Source of the DNA: Octopus vulgaris
Taxonomy: Eukaryota
Assembly (NCBI GenBank): GCA_951406725.2
Contig: OX597833.1
Location: 61,442,001 to 61,506,000 of the forward strand
Reading direction: 5' to 3'
Length of the DNA stretch: 64,000 bases
This document shows positions 1 through 15,362 of the stretch, in pieces. A program made the position numbers and the translations under genes. Each line of letters begins with the position of its first letter. Within the stretch, counting starts at the first letter, position 1. The notes under the pieces were generated by a model, which saw only the letters and a program-made list of their open reading frames with translations, was not told the origin of the DNA and ran no database searches.

Positions 1-541
<541 letters not shown>

Positions 542-621
542 CATTATTATTATTATTATTATTATTATTGGCAATTAAGATCAGGAGCCATGAGAGCCTC
601 TGCCTGGTACTGCATCAGGTC

Positions 622-660
<39 letters not shown>

Positions 661-1022
661 CATCATCATCATCATCATCATCATCCTCATTATTATTATT
701 ATTATTATTATTATTGTTATTATTGGCAATTAGTCTAATTGTAGTTTGGAACGGAGTTACGTACATGCACACGAATGTGCATGTATGCACATGTACACAT
801 ACAAACGCAGACCCATACACTCTGCTGCACAACCTGTACCATGCATAAACGTAGGCACAAGGGTGCGTACAGAAATGTATACATACAGCCATCTATGCTT
901 ATACGTAAACACACTTATACGTAGATGTGTCTACATATGTGTGCGTGAGTGTTTATGTATATGGCTGTATGTGTGTATGCATGTGTGTTTATGTGTATTC
1001 TGTGTGTGTGTGTGTGTGTGTG

Positions 1023-1084
<62 letters not shown>

Positions 1085-1217
1085 AAAAATTTATTACCAG
1101 TGCTTATAATTAAATGTAATATTGAGACATCAAAAAGTATTCAGGCCATTCTTCAGATTATTCAGATACGCACAACAAAAGAATAACCGGCTACATTTAT
1201 ATGTATATGTGTGTGTG

Positions 1218-1303
<86 letters not shown>

Positions 1304-1809
1304 TATATATATATATACACACACATATATATATACATATATATACTAATATAAGGGTTTAGCAACGTTAGTATTACACAAGTATATATGTGTGTATATA
1401 TATATAATGTATATATATATTTCACCCTTTATGTATTTATCTATTTATGTATACATGTATGTATGCATATTTGTATATGAATGCATAATAAGCTCTTTTG
1501 TAAATCATTAATTTGGTATATATATCTATATATACTCCTCCCCTCCACATCTGTTTATGCATATATGTATGTATGTATACATGTTTGTATATGAATGCAT
1601 AATTTCTTTTGTAAATCATTAATTTGGTTAATTCTTCTCCTCCTCCACACCCAACTCCTCTTCCTCTCTCTCCTCCTCCCCCTCATAACTTTTATCATCA
1701 TCATGATCATCATCATTATTAATATTATTATTGTCATCATCGTCAGTATTATATTTTGCGCTTTAATCTGCTTGATGGTTTTATTGAAATCAGCATAGGA
1801 CAGAGTGAC

Positions 1810-1859
<50 letters not shown>

Positions 1860-2289
1860 GCACATACATATGGCCAGGCCTGTTGCTAAATGTGAGTACA
1901 TGTCATTGAAAAGGCCCCAAAAAAACCAAAACACATTTGGCATTCTTGCTGGCCACTGCTGGGGCATTTTTACCTCTCCCTCTGATTTTATTGTTTTTTT
2001 AATGCAGTACGTCCATTAGAGATGTTATCTCAGGAAAAATACTGCAGTCACTGGCCTATCAATGATGTATAAACATGAAGTATGATACATAGATAGATAC
2101 TCAGTGATCTTACTGCCGCTGATGACATGTAAAAAAGCAGCCAGTACATTCTATGAAGTGGTTGGCATTAGGAAGGGCTTGTAACCATAGAAATCTTACC
2201 AAAGCAGATAATTGGAAGCTGGTATAGTCTTCTGATTTTCTAGTTAGTGTCAAACCATCCGACCCATGCCAGCATGGAAGGAGGATGTT

Positions 2290-2456
2290 AGATGACAATG
2301 TTGATTATGATGATGATGATGATGATGAAGACGTTGACGATGGTGGTGATGATGACAATGATGATACTGATGTTGATGATGATGATGACTACGATGATGA
2401 TGATGATGACTACGATAATGATGATGAGGAGGAGGAGGGGGTGATGATGATGATGG

Positions 2457-2507
<51 letters not shown>

Positions 2508-2636
2508 CAATGAAGATGATGGCAATGATGATACTGATGTTGATGATTATGACTAAGATAATGATGATGATGGTGACGATGACAACGACGATGATGATGT
2601 TGGTGATGATGATGATTATGATGACGACGATGATGA
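2290..2636. repeat. Degenerate (GAT)n extending from an RTE tail
   Basis: Directly follows the RTE 3' UTR piece at 2110-2290. Confidence 0.9.
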
Positions 2637-3304
2637 TATATTTATATATACAATGGGCTTTTTCCTGTCTGTATCTACCATATCCACTCACAAGAATTTA
2701 GTTGGCCTGGGGCTATAGTACAAGACACTTGCCCAAGGTGTTGTGCTGTGGGACTGAACCTGAAACAACTTGGTTATGCCTGCTTTACTATACATACATA
2801 CATACCAGCACCACCACCACCAGGGAAATGAAGGAGCCAGTATTTTTCACTTGAACTCATTTAAATAGCAGTTTTTGTCTCCCTCAAATCTCATTGTACT
2901 CTTCTTAATTCTATGAATATACTGGATGATATAGTCATTGTCACAGACATACAAGGCAGGATAGTCATGGCTAGAAAGGCAGTTGAGTGATGAAAATTAG
3001 ACACAGATAAACATATATCAGAATTTACATGTGTGTAGTGCCATAGACCTTGTAGGGATTGAACCCCAAGAGGTTAGATAGGAAGCCAATACCATGTCTT
3101 TGCCTCGTATTTAAGTGTTTAGTCTGATATCGTTGCTACTTGCCACAATCTTATAAATCATGGGATTATCTATCTAATCTGTTTTTTTCTAATCTGCCTA
3201 TACAGAGGTAGACTGACAGACAGACAGATACATGGATAGTTATGTAGGTAGAGAGAGGGATAGAAAGAAACAGATACAAACAGATTTATACATACATACA
3301 TACA

Positions 3305-4558
3305 TCATCATTATCATCATCATCGTTTAACATCCATTTTCCATGCTAGCATGGGTTGGACGGTTTGACCGGGGTCTGGGAAGCCAGAAGGCTGCACCAG
3401 GCTCCAGTCTGATCTGCCAGTGTTTCTACGGCTGGATGCCCTTCCTAACGCCAACCACTCCGTGAGTGTAGTGGGTGCATTTTACGTGCCAGGGGAGGCT
3501 TTTTAGGTGCCAGGGGAGGTTGACAATGGCCACGATCAGTTGGTGCTTTTTACGTGCCACCGGCACGGAAGCCAGTCAAGGCGGCACTGGCATCAGACAT
3601 GTACGGATGGTGGTTTTAACGTGACACCGGCACAGGTATCACAACTAAAATTTCCATTTGATGTTTTTGATGTTGATGTACTTGACTCAATACATCTCCT
3701 CAAGCACAGACTCAATACGTCTCCTCAAGCACAGCAGGCCGTCTGCGATCCAAGGCACTTTGGATGGGCTGGGGTTTCTATGTGAATCTGGTGCAGGAAA
3801 CAGCCATGAACTCACGTTATTTGTTGGATCTTCGCAGTCACAGCGTATCTTCAGAGGTCTCGTCTTTTGTCATTGTGTCTTTGAGACCCAACGTTTGAAG
3901 GTCATGCTTGAACACCTCATCCCATGTCTTCCTGGGTCTACCTCTACTCCGGATTGCTTCAACTGTTTGGGGGAGGCACTTCTTCACACATCTCTCTTCA
4001 TCCATCCGTAGTACATGACCATACCAGCACAGACGTCTCTCTTGCACGCCACATCCAATGCTTCTTATGTCCAGCATTTTCCTCAGGGCACTGACACTCT
4101 GTCGTGCGTGCTCACTGACATTACACATCCAGCGGATCATGCTAGCTTCATTTCTTTTAAGCCTACGCATTTCCTCTGCAGTCACAGCCCATGTTTCACT
4201 ACCGTGAAGCATGGCAGTTCGCACACATGAATCATACAATCTACCTTTCACTCTGAGCGAGAGACCCTTTGTCACCAGTAGGGGTAGGAGCTTTCTAAAC
4301 TTTGCCCAGGCTATTCTTTATTCTAGTGATAACACTCTCTGAGCATCCACCCCCACTACTAACTTGGTCATCTAGGTAGCAGAAACTATCAACTATTTCT
4401 AGTTTCTCCCGCAGAAGTGTAATGGAATCTGTTTTCTGAGTATCAATGGTGTCTATTGCACCTGTGCATCTGCTGCACACGAAAGCTATCTTCTCGGTTA
4501 ATTTTCCTTTGATGGTGCTGCACCTCTTATGTGTCCATAGCTTACACTGGGTACATCT
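3305..4558 (-). mobile_element. 5'-truncated RTE-clade LINE (C-terminal ORF plus 3' UTR ending in (GAT)n)
   Basis: Frameshifted ORFs: CTQCKLWTHKRCS..CSRC zinc motif; LSLRVKGRLYDSCVRTAMLHGSETW; RRLCWYGHVLRMDE; RGRPRKTW. These run into the 3' UTR ...GGTTGGCGTTAGGAAGGGCATCCAGC...GTTAAACGATGATG. Confidence 0.88.
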
Positions 4559-4761
4559 TATGAGGAAAAATAGAAGTTGAAAATGCACTGAGAATAGTTA
4601 AAATATTTTTTATTAATATATTTAAAGCTTTAACTGGTTTCACAGTTTAAAATGTGAAACCGGTTAAATGTATTAATAAAAAATATTTTAACTATTCTTA
4701 GTGCATTTTCAACTTTTTTTTCCTATACTTCTATCCCTGTGGAATAAAATAAATTTGTTTT

Positions 4762-4806
<45 letters not shown>

Positions 4807-4936
4807 CATACATACATACATATATATATATAGACACACACGCACACACAAATATACACACACATACATACACACACACTATATATTCGTTCTTCACTCA
4901 TTAATTACCGTTCTTATTCTAACTCCTGTCCATTGT

Positions 4937-4978
4937 CTGGAAATCTTTCGTCACGCACCTGTGACCTCTTCAGCAACC
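4937..4978 (-). ncRNA. Type I minimal hammerhead motif
   Basis: TTG-CTGAAGA-G-GTCAC-AGGTGC-GTGAC-GAAA-GATT-TC|CAG. Homologue at 16985-17021 (+) has a CAGAAGA core. Confidence 0.68.
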
Positions 4979-5214
4979 CTTTCTCTCTTCATGTGTGCTC
5001 CTGCTCCATTTAGTCCTTTCTGTTCTTTTATGATATGTATCCGGACATTGGACATGAGTTAGAATAAGGATGAATATATAGTATGCGTGTGTTTATTTGG
5101 CAAAAAAAAAAAAAGAAAAGAAAAAATAACCATCCTGAAATACAATATCTGTTTCAACACACGGTTTCACATCAGGAATCTTGCAACACAAATTAATATA
5201 TATGTATATATATG

Positions 5215-5283
<69 letters not shown>

Positions 5284-6293
5284 TATATATACATACATAT
5301 ATATATATATATGTATATGTATATGTATGTATATATATATATGTATATACATACATATATACATATATATATATGTATATATATAGATATATATGTATAT
5401 GTATGTATATATATATATACACATACATATATATATATATAATACACACACACACACACATATATATATATACGCACACGTATGCTTCTAGTAATCTATC
5501 TATTTTCTGTCTATATGCAGATGTCTGCATGCATATATATATTAAGTATCTTTGTCTCTTGCACTCTCTGGAGAGAAAGAGAGAGAGAGAAAGGGAGAGA
5601 ATAGGAGAGAATGAGAGAGAAAGAGAGAGAAAGAGAGACAGAGACATGAAAACAGAGAAACCGAGAAAGAGAGAGACAGACAGAGAGAGGGAGAGAGAGG
5701 GAGAGAGAAGGTGGAGAGAGTGAGATATACGTATACATACATATCCATTTTAGAAAGAATAGAAATGCAATTGCATTGACATTTCAAACATTTCGTTTGT
5801 TTACATCTGTTTCCATGGCTACATGACGACATTATCAACCATATACCAATTACAAAGATATTAAATATATTTATCAAATTAATTTCATTAAATATGATGC
5901 AGAAGTTATTTTATAAGGAACATTTTATATTTTCATTTTTCTTTTCCAAAATCTTTTTATAAAAGGACTTCTACATTATATACAACTAAATTAATTCAAT
6001 AATTACAATTGAAAAATTGCATAACCATTATTTGATTGACAGTGTTTTTGTTTGGGTCATAGAAATAGCCATAGGACAAATGACATCTTAAAATTATTGA
6101 CGGGACCATTTGTTTTTGATATTAACTTTCTTCTCAGAACATTTTAAACCTTATAGGAATATCATACCTGTTGTTCATACAGTACTGAAGCAAAAATATA
6201 TTGGAGTTCAATGCGATGTGATCGAAAAGTGAGCCCTTGAATTCTGTGAATATATTTTTTTTTCCCATGCAAAGAACTCTCATCCAATATGTA

Positions 6294-6330
<37 letters not shown>

Positions 6331-6361
6331 TATATTTAAAATACTTGTTGGTATACTTGTA

Positions 6362-6742
6362 GGCACAGGAGTGGCTGTGTGGTAAGTAACCTGCTTACCA
6401 ACCACATGGTTCCGGGTTCAGTCCCGCTGTGTGGCACTTTGGGCAAGTGTCTTCTACTATAGCCTCGGGCCGACCAAAGCTTTGTGAGTAGATTTGGTAG
6501 ATGGAAACTGAAAGAAGCCCCTTGTATATGTGTGTCTGTGTATGTTTGTGTGTCTGTGTTTTTCCCCCCCAACATTGCTTGATTAACGATACTGGTGTGT
6601 TTGTGTCCCTGTAACTTAACGATTCAGCAAAAGAGACTGATAGAATAAGTACTAGGCTTACAAAGAATAAGTCCTGGGGTCGATTTCCTAAACACAGTGC
6701 TTCAGCATGGCCACAGTCAAATGACTGAAACAAGTAAAAGAG
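6362..6742 (+). mobile_element. tRNA-derived SINE family A (CORE-like TTGGGCAAGTG, internal (TA/TG)n)
   Basis: A-box TGGCTGTGTGG, B-box GGTTCAGTCCC, tail ...GACTGAAACAAGTAAAAGAG. More than 20 full or partial copies in the window. Confidence 0.85.
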
Positions 6743-6884
6743 TACACCACGAACGTCATCATCATCATCATCATCATTTTAATGCCCTCTTTACCAGGCT
6801 TGCATAGATTGAGGCAGAGCTTCAATGGCTGATACCTTTCCTGTAGATACATATTAAAAATGATTAACCATTGCGCCAACAACC

Positions 6885-7222
6885 ACCTTTAGCACCTTTT
6901 TGAACACCATGTGTCTAACACACATGGGCATGCCTACAAAATTAGAAAACAGCACAGCTCCCATGACTTTCGGAAACATTTCTTCACACTCAGGAGTTGC
7001 TGAAGCATGGAACAAACTACCTGCATCAGTTGTTAATTGCCAAGACATTGCATCCTTTAAAACCTCCATGCTTCCTAAAATTCGCCAACACTACACCTGA
7101 TATCTCCCCCTCCATATGCATGCACACATGTATATCATGACTCATACACTGTTCACTTTCCTGACTTTGGTACATAATTCTTTGATGAGTTGTAGTGCAC
7201 CTGAGCATTATACACAATAATT
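6885..7222 (+). mobile_element. CR1-clade LINE 3' fragment
   Basis: VAEAWNKLPASVV..ASFKTSML C-terminal motif plus a 3' UTR shared with the copies at 30395 and 45085. Confidence 0.75.
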
Positions 7223-7223
7223 T

Positions 7224-7612
7224 CGCAGGAGTGGCTGTGTGGTAAGTAGCTTGCTTACCAACCACATTGTTCCGGGTTCAGTCCCACTGCGTGGCATCTA
7301 GGGCAAGTGTTTTCTGCTATAGCCCCGGGCCGACCAATGCCTTGTGAGTGGATTTGGTAGACGGAAACTGAAAGAAGCCTGTCGTATATATGTATATATA
7401 TATATATATGTTTGTGTGTCTGTGTTTGTCCCCCTAGCATTGCTTGACAACCGATGCTGGTGTGTTTACATCCCCGTCACTTAGCGGTTCGGCAAAAGAG
7501 ACCGATAGATAAGTACTGGGGTTACAAAGAATAAGTCCCGGGGTCGATTTGCTCGACTAAAGGCGGTGCTCCAGCATGGCCGCAGTCAAATGACTGAAAC
7601 AAGTAAAAGAGT
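7224..7612 (+). mobile_element. SINE family A
   Basis: Near full-length copy adjoining a CR1 tail. Confidence 0.85.
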
Positions 7613-7637
7613 TAAAAAAAGAGTACATACATACATA

Positions 7638-8118
7638 CAGAGTGGCCCAAAAGTAAGTTTACAGCTATTCAACTATCTCTTTATCATTCATATAGTAACA
7701 GTTTAGAAAAAATATATGCACCCTTTTAAAGCCTAGCCAGGCTCACGGGCCTGGTTTCCTGGTTTCTATGGCGTATGTGTTCCCCAGTTGGAAGGGACGC
7801 CAGTCCATCGCAGCGTTACTCATTTTTGCCAGCTGAGTGGACTGGAGCAACGTGAAAATGAAGTGTTTTGCTCAAGAACACAATGCATTGCCCGGTCCAG
7901 GAATCGAAACCACAATCTTATGATCATGATGCTGACACCCTAACCACTAAGCCACGTGCCTTCACAGTACTAGTTTAGATCTTAATTATAAAAACATATG
8001 AAACCGTTATTCTATGCTAATTTAGTTAATTGTAAGATAGAAATTTAAATGTAATAAGTTTTAAAAGAAATTTAAAGTGCCAGTTTGATAACTGTAAACC
8101 TAATTTGGAGCCACCCTG
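7638..8118. mobile_element. Tc1/mariner MITE with a nested SINE
   Basis: TA|CAGAGTGGCCCAAAAGTAAGTTTACAG ... CTGTAAACCTAATTTGGAGCCACCCTG|TA terminal inverted repeats. Confidence 0.75.
7716..7967 (-). mobile_element. tRNA/CORE-like SINE nested in a MITE
   Basis: Head TGGCTTAGTGG..GTTTCGATTCC, core TTCTTGAGCAAAACACTT..CCAGTCCACTCAGCTG; imperfect TSD AGTA(AC/CT)AGTTTAGA. Degenerate relative at 12050-12250. Confidence 0.78.
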
Positions 8119-8232
8119 TACATGCATGCAAACTTTCCAGAAGTTTATCATTTAAGTATATATGAACATGTCTAAATGTGCAAGTACATGCATGAGAAGA
8201 CATACATAAAATAAAACATACAAATCCGCACG

Positions 8233-8612
8233 TATACATGCATACATACATACATACATACATACATGCATGCATACATACGTACATATATACATACACA
8301 CATACATACATACATATGTACATAGATACATACATGCATACATACATACGTACATATGTGCATACATACATACATACGTACATACATACATATATACATG
8401 TGTATGTACATACATACATGCGTACATACATACATACATACGTATATATATATACATACATACATACACTCATACATACATACATACATACATGTGTACG
8501 TACATACATACATACATACATACATACATACATACATACATACATACATACATACATACATACATACATACATACATACATACATACATACATACATACA
8601 TACATACATACA

Positions 8613-8678
<66 letters not shown>

Positions 8679-9227
8679 CATACATACATATGTACATATG
8701 TACATACATATGCACATACATACATATGTACATACATACATACATACATACATACATGTATGCATACATACATACATATGTGCATACATACATACATACA
8801 TACATACATACATACATACATACACATACATACATACATACATACATACATACATACATACATACATACATACATACATACATACATACATACATACATA
8901 CATACATACATACATACATACACATACATACATACATACATACATACATAAATACATACATACACTCATACATACATACATACATATGTATGTACGTACA
9001 TACATACATACATACATACATACATACATACATACATACATACATACATACATACATACATACATACACATACATACATACATACATACATACATACATA
9101 CATACATACATACATGCATACATACATACATACATACACATACATACATACATACATACATACATACATACAGACATACATACATACATACATACATTCA
9201 TACATACATACATACATACATACATAC
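8233..9227. repeat. ~1 kb (TACA)n tetranucleotide array
   Basis: Direct inspection. Confidence 0.97.
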
Positions 9228-9335
9228 CTTGTTGATGTTGGAATTCTAATGAAGGAGTCTTGGATCTTGGTTAGAAATTGACTCTTTCTCTATTGAGAAG
9301 AAATCTTGAAAAGAAACTGAATAGTGATATACACA

Positions 9336-9403
<68 letters not shown>

Positions 9404-9821
9404 CACATATGTACACACATGCACATGCACACACACACACATATACACACACTTATATATATTTATATACATGATACATATTTATATATACACACACACA
9501 CATATGGAGAGAGAGAGTGAGAAAGAGAGTGAGAAGGAGAGACAGAGAGAGACAGAAGAGAGACATAAGTTAGAATTGCTACCTTGTTGTAATGCGTATC
9601 ACGTTTAAATTTATATTATATAATTCATGTGACAAGTTTATATTATATAACCAACATCCTGTCATGGCTATATCTTATATAACCAACATCATGTGAGTCA
9701 CACAAGCCCACTGGCATTGTGTGTGTGTGTATATGTATATCTATCTATCTAGCTAGCTCACTATATATATATATATATATATATATAATCAAAATAAGCA
9801 ACAAGTATATCTTTGGTAATT

Positions 9822-9905
9822 TGGTACGATCGTTTCATGCTACTTCATTTTATTAAACATACTAAGTATTACATCAGTTTTAAAATGTTGAGCAATCTTC
9901 AGCTA
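9822..9905 (-). ncRNA. Type I hammerhead motif
   Basis: TAG-CTGAAGA-TTGCT...AGCAT-GAAA-CGATCG-TA|CCA. Confidence 0.62.
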
Positions 9906-10624
9906 TTTATAGAAATCTTCCATCAAACGGACAATACATATACTTATTTCCATTTCGTTTGCCAACATTTGAATCTAAATTTTGCTGGACTTATACATAC
10001 ATATATATATCATCATCATCATCATCATCTTTTAACATCTGTTGTCCATGCTAGCATGTTTTGGACGGTTTGACCAGGGATGATTTGGTATGGTTTCTAC
10101 AGCTTGGTGCCCTTCCTAAAGCCAACCACTCTTAGAGTGTAATGAGTGATTTTACGTGCCACCGGCATGGGTGCCAGTTGTGTGACACCAGTATCTGCCA
10201 TGACTACGATTTCACTTGGCCTGATGGGTCTTCTTCTCAAGCACGGCATATTGCCAAAGGACTCGGTCATTTTCCATTGCCTCCATGAGGCCCAGTGGTC
10301 AAAACGTGCTTTTTATGTGACACCAGCACAGGTGCCAGTTACGTGATAATGGCATCGGCTACATTGCTTCTATGAGACCCAATGCTCGAAAGGTGGTTTT
10401 TACATGCCAACGGCAGAGGTGCCAGTTTTGTGCCATTGGCATTGGTCACATTGCTTCCGTGAGGACCAACACTCAACAGGTGCTTTTTACATGCCATCAG
10501 CATAGGTACCAGGTGTGCAACACCAGCATTGGCTACAATTCCTCTGTGAGGAATATATATATATATATATATGCCATATACAATACAATACCATATACAT
10601 ATATATCACATACAATTCCTCTGG

Positions 10625-10663
<39 letters not shown>

Positions 10664-11721
10664 CATCATCATCGTTTAACGTCCGTTTTCCATGCTGGCA
10701 TGGGTTGGACGGTTCAACTGGGGTCTGGGAAGCCAGAAGGCTGCACCAGGCTCCAGTCTGATCTGGCAGTGTTTCTATAACTGGATGCCCTTCCTAACGC
10801 CAACCACTCCATAAGTGTAGTGGGTGCTTTTTACATGCCACCAGCACAGGTATCACATATATATATATATATATATAAATAAATTAGAAAAAAACATATC
10901 TATATATTATAATCAAATAAAAATAACCAAAGAACTCAAAGTATATTTCTGTACAACAAGATGGGGGAATGAACCAAGGAATTGTAATATAGTTTGGGTT
11001 TCATTTGGTTGGGTACTACACTTGTGTAGGTCACCAAGTACACAAAGTAAATTGAGCAGGAGAGCTTGTTTATATAATATTTAACTAATTATTAGATAAA
11101 CAAATCTCCCTGTTTTCTTTTACTTTCTATACACATGTGTATACATATATATACATATACACACACATATACACAATGTATGTATATATATATAGTGATA
11201 ATGTACAAAAAACAAAAGACGAAGAAGGGTGTTTAAACAACAAACAGATGTATGTGTGTGTATATATATATATGTATGTGTGTGTACATATATGTGTGTG
11301 TGGTGTGGGTGCGTATGTTATGTATCTGTAAGTATATGTTTATATATGTATGTGTGTGTGTATATATATATAGATAAATAGATAGACATAAATATAGATA
11401 TGTACATATGTATATATATCCATATATATATATATATGTGTGTGTGTATGTGTGTATACATACACACATTTATATGTACTTTAAACATTATTTGATTAAA
11501 ATAATTTGTATAACATAATATATACATGTGTGTGTATGCATAATATATGCATGTGTGTGTATGCATATATACATATATATGTAAATATATATACATACAC
11601 ACTCACTGATATGCACACACACACACACACACACAGAAAAGTAAAATGGTGCTACTTGTAAAATTTTGTCTCAGGCACTTGTTAAAAGCATAGACTTGCT
11701 CAGAATGTCAGCAGATCATCA

Positions 11722-11760
11722 GACACACATGTTTCAACCTCGTTTAGTCTCTTCAGTGAC
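11722..11760 (-). ncRNA. Degenerate hammerhead motif
   Basis: GTCA-CTGAAGA-GACT..GGTT-GAAA-CATG-TG|TGTC; G at the cleavage position is non-permissive. Confidence 0.4.
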
Positions 11761-12557
11761 AAAAACACTCAAACATTGTGAGCTGTGTCCAATATCTTTG
11801 TTTTGATATTGAGACCTGCAAATAGGACTTGCCCTGATTCGAACAAAAGTTGGTCTGGCTAAAATTTAATCAATACATGCATCCAAATTAGCATTAGATT
11901 TAAATAGTTATTGGTTCAATTTTAAATTTGACCATCTTTCACACAAACCACTGAATGTTTTTTATGTTGATTTGGGTTTAACTCAAAATGATGAGGTGTG
12001 TTCTTCATTGAAGTCAACAAATAAAGTCGATAGGATAATCATATAGACTCATAGAGCCAGTTTCCCAGTTTCTGGGGCCCATATTTTGCTCCCTAGATGG
12101 GACGCCGGTACATCACAGGATTTTTGCTGGCTGAGTGGACTGGAGTGAAATGAAGTGAAGTGTTTTGCTCAAGAACACATGTTCCTCAGTCTAGGAATCG
12201 AAACCACAATCTTGTGACCATGAATGAAATATATTAGACCATGTGCCGCCGGGTTGAAACAATGTCGTTTGACTGTCTGACAATGGCATTCTGAGCAAAC
12301 TCTGTGTTTTTAGACTTGCAAAATAGCTTTGAGAAATATCTCTGAGACGAAATACACAGATACTGCTATTTCACATTTGTGTATACATTATAAATGTCAG
12401 ACACACATACACATATACACACACACACACACATACGACCAGCTGAGGAAGTACTTAAGACCACAAAAACCAATTTAAGAAACACAAACATCTTAGAGTA
12501 TAGCAATCTTATTGCACAGATTATGAAGGACATACAACAGGTTTTCAACTGGGGTTT

Positions 12558-12605
<48 letters not shown>

Positions 12606-12654
12606 AAAGTTAATATAAATAAATGGATATGCATATGCATATATATATACATAT

Positions 12655-12767
<113 letters not shown>

Positions 12768-13669
12768 TATATATAGTATATATATATATAGATAGATAGA
12801 TATATATACACATATATATGCATATATATATATATTTGTATATATATATGTATATATATGTATGTATACATGTATGTACATATATATGTATATATATATG
12901 TGTGTGTGTGTATATATTAATATATATATATATACACACATATATATTTACATATATGTGTGCATGTGTGTATATGTATGCATTTATGTATGCTTATACA
13001 AAGAAAGAATGAGAGATAGGGAGAGAAAGGGAGAGAGTTTTTTTGTGCGTTTGTGTGTGTGTGTCTGTTGCGTGTGTGTGATGTGTGTGTGCATGTGTCT
13101 CGACAGCAACATATCTTACCCAACCAATTTGCAAATATGCGACACTCCATCATCTGTAAGCCATCAAGTATAACTTAAAGAGGCATCTAAAAAATATCCC
13201 AGATTTTCTGAGACAACTGGGTTAACTTAAAAAAACTCTTTTTATACCAAATTGGTTGAGGAGACACTTGCCAAATTCTTGTTACCAATATTTTTCCTGT
13301 TTTATGTTTGTTTATTTTTTTGTGTGTGTAAGGAAAAAAAACAAAGAGAAAATAAATAAATAAATGCACAGATAAAAAAAATTGAAGAAATACCAGCCAG
13401 TATTTTAACCTATTACTACAGTACACTGGTAAGGAATGGGGTAATAAGGAAATACATATACATACATATACACACACACACATATATATATACATGTGCA
13501 CACACACATAGATACATAAACACAAACACACACATATATATGTGTAGTATATACTACACACACATATATTATGTAATGTAGATACGTATTTGTATATGTG
13601 TATGTCATGATGATGATGTGTGCGTGTACAGACACACACGCACACGTATATATATATATATATATATAT

Positions 13670-13707
<38 letters not shown>

Positions 13708-13890
13708 CTTCCTCCTTTTATGTGTTTTAAGTGAGATTTTCCACCACCACCACCATTCTAGCATGGGCTGGATGGCTATTACAGCCCATTAGTGATATGC
13801 ATTCCTGGTTGCAAAACTGTTTGGTGTGGAGTTAATATGAAACCATTGGTACCAGTTTTTTAAAACTTAAATTACCTTAAAGCAATTATG

Positions 13891-13929
<39 letters not shown>

Positions 13930-13949
13930 AAAAAAAAAAATCAAAACAA

Positions 13950-15060
13950 ATCAAAATAGATGAACATCAATGGAATCTGTATCTTTGTGGTACCAGTGCC
14001 GGTGGCACACAAGAGAACCATCCGAACGTGGCCGTAGCCAGTTCCGCATCGACCGGCCTCCGTGCTGTGGGCACGTAACAAACACCATCTGATCATGGCC
14101 GTTCGCCAGCCTCATCTGGCACCTGTGTCGGTGGCACATAAAAACACCTTCCGAAGACCCGGCAAGACTAGTCAGTCCACCTGTGCATACCTTCCTTCTT
14201 ATGACACTTGTGAAGACCGGTTGAGGCAAGTGAAAATCAAATCAAATCAAAATAGACAAAATAGATGAACATCAATGGAATTTGTATCCTTGTGGTACCA
14301 GTGCCTGTGGCACACAAGAAATCCATCAGTGCTGTAGTCAGTGCGGTGGGCACATGACAAACACCATCCGATTGTGGCCGTTCGACAGCCTCATCTAGCA
14401 CCTGTGTCGGTGGCACATAAAAACACCATCCGAAGACCCGGCAAGACTAGTCAGGTCCATAACCCATGGCCCCTACCTGGGACGTAGTCAGTCCACCTGT
14501 GCATACCTTCCTTCTTGTGACACTTGTGAAGACCTGTTGAGGCAAGTGAAAATCAAAACAAATCAAAATAGATGAACATCAATGGAATTTGTATCCTTGT
14601 GGTACCAGTGCCGGTGGCACGTGGCATACAAGAAAACCATCCGAGAACGTGGCCGTAGCCAGTACCGCATCGACTGGCCTCCGTGCTGTGGGCACGTAAC
14701 AAGCACCATCCGATCGGGGCCGTTTGCCAGCCTCATCTGGCACCTGTGTCGGTGGCACATAAAAACACCATCCGAGCGTGGCCGTCTGCCAGCCTCGTCT
14801 GGCACCTGTGTCGGTGGCACATAAAAAACACCATCCGAGCGTGGCCGTTGCCAGCCTCGTCTGGCACCTGTGTCGGTGGCACATAAAATCACCCACTACA
14901 CTCTCGGAGTGGTTGGCGTTAGGAAGGGCATCCAGCTGTAGAAACACTGCCAGATCTGACTGGACTGGTGCAGCTTTCGGGCTCCCCAGACCCCAGTTGA
15001 ACCGTCCAACCCATGCTAGCATGGAAAGCGGACGTTAAATGATGATGATGATGATGATGA
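13950..15060 (+). mobile_element. Triplicated RTE 3' UTR concatemer with internal ~60-bp tandem units
   Basis: CAAAATAGATGAACATCAATGGAA recurs at ~13952, ~14257 and ~14564; a single (GAT)n tail at the end. Confidence 0.78.
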
Positions 15061-15093
15061 TATATATATATATAGATAGATAGATAGATAGAC

Positions 15094-15141
<48 letters not shown>

Positions 15142-15319
15142 TAAAAAATAATTGGAAATGGATGCATGGCGTTCGATCATATAATAATATATATAATATA
15201 TAAATATATGCATATATACATATATATATATGTACATGTGTACATACCTACATATATATGTATAAATACATGGTTATATGGGTACACACACACACATATA
15301 TATGTATATACATATTTAT

Positions 15320-15362
<43 letters not shown>

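Noticed and set aside
5140-5182. Minus-strand CTGATG...GAAAC as a second hammerhead
   Set aside because: The core reads CTGATGT and no stem I can form.
8072-9249. Long ORFs (up to 341 aa) of MYVC/HTYI repeats
   Set aside because: Translation of the (TACA)n array, which is stop-free in all frames. The same applies to the poly-YI, poly-VC, poly-H and poly-V ORFs elsewhere.
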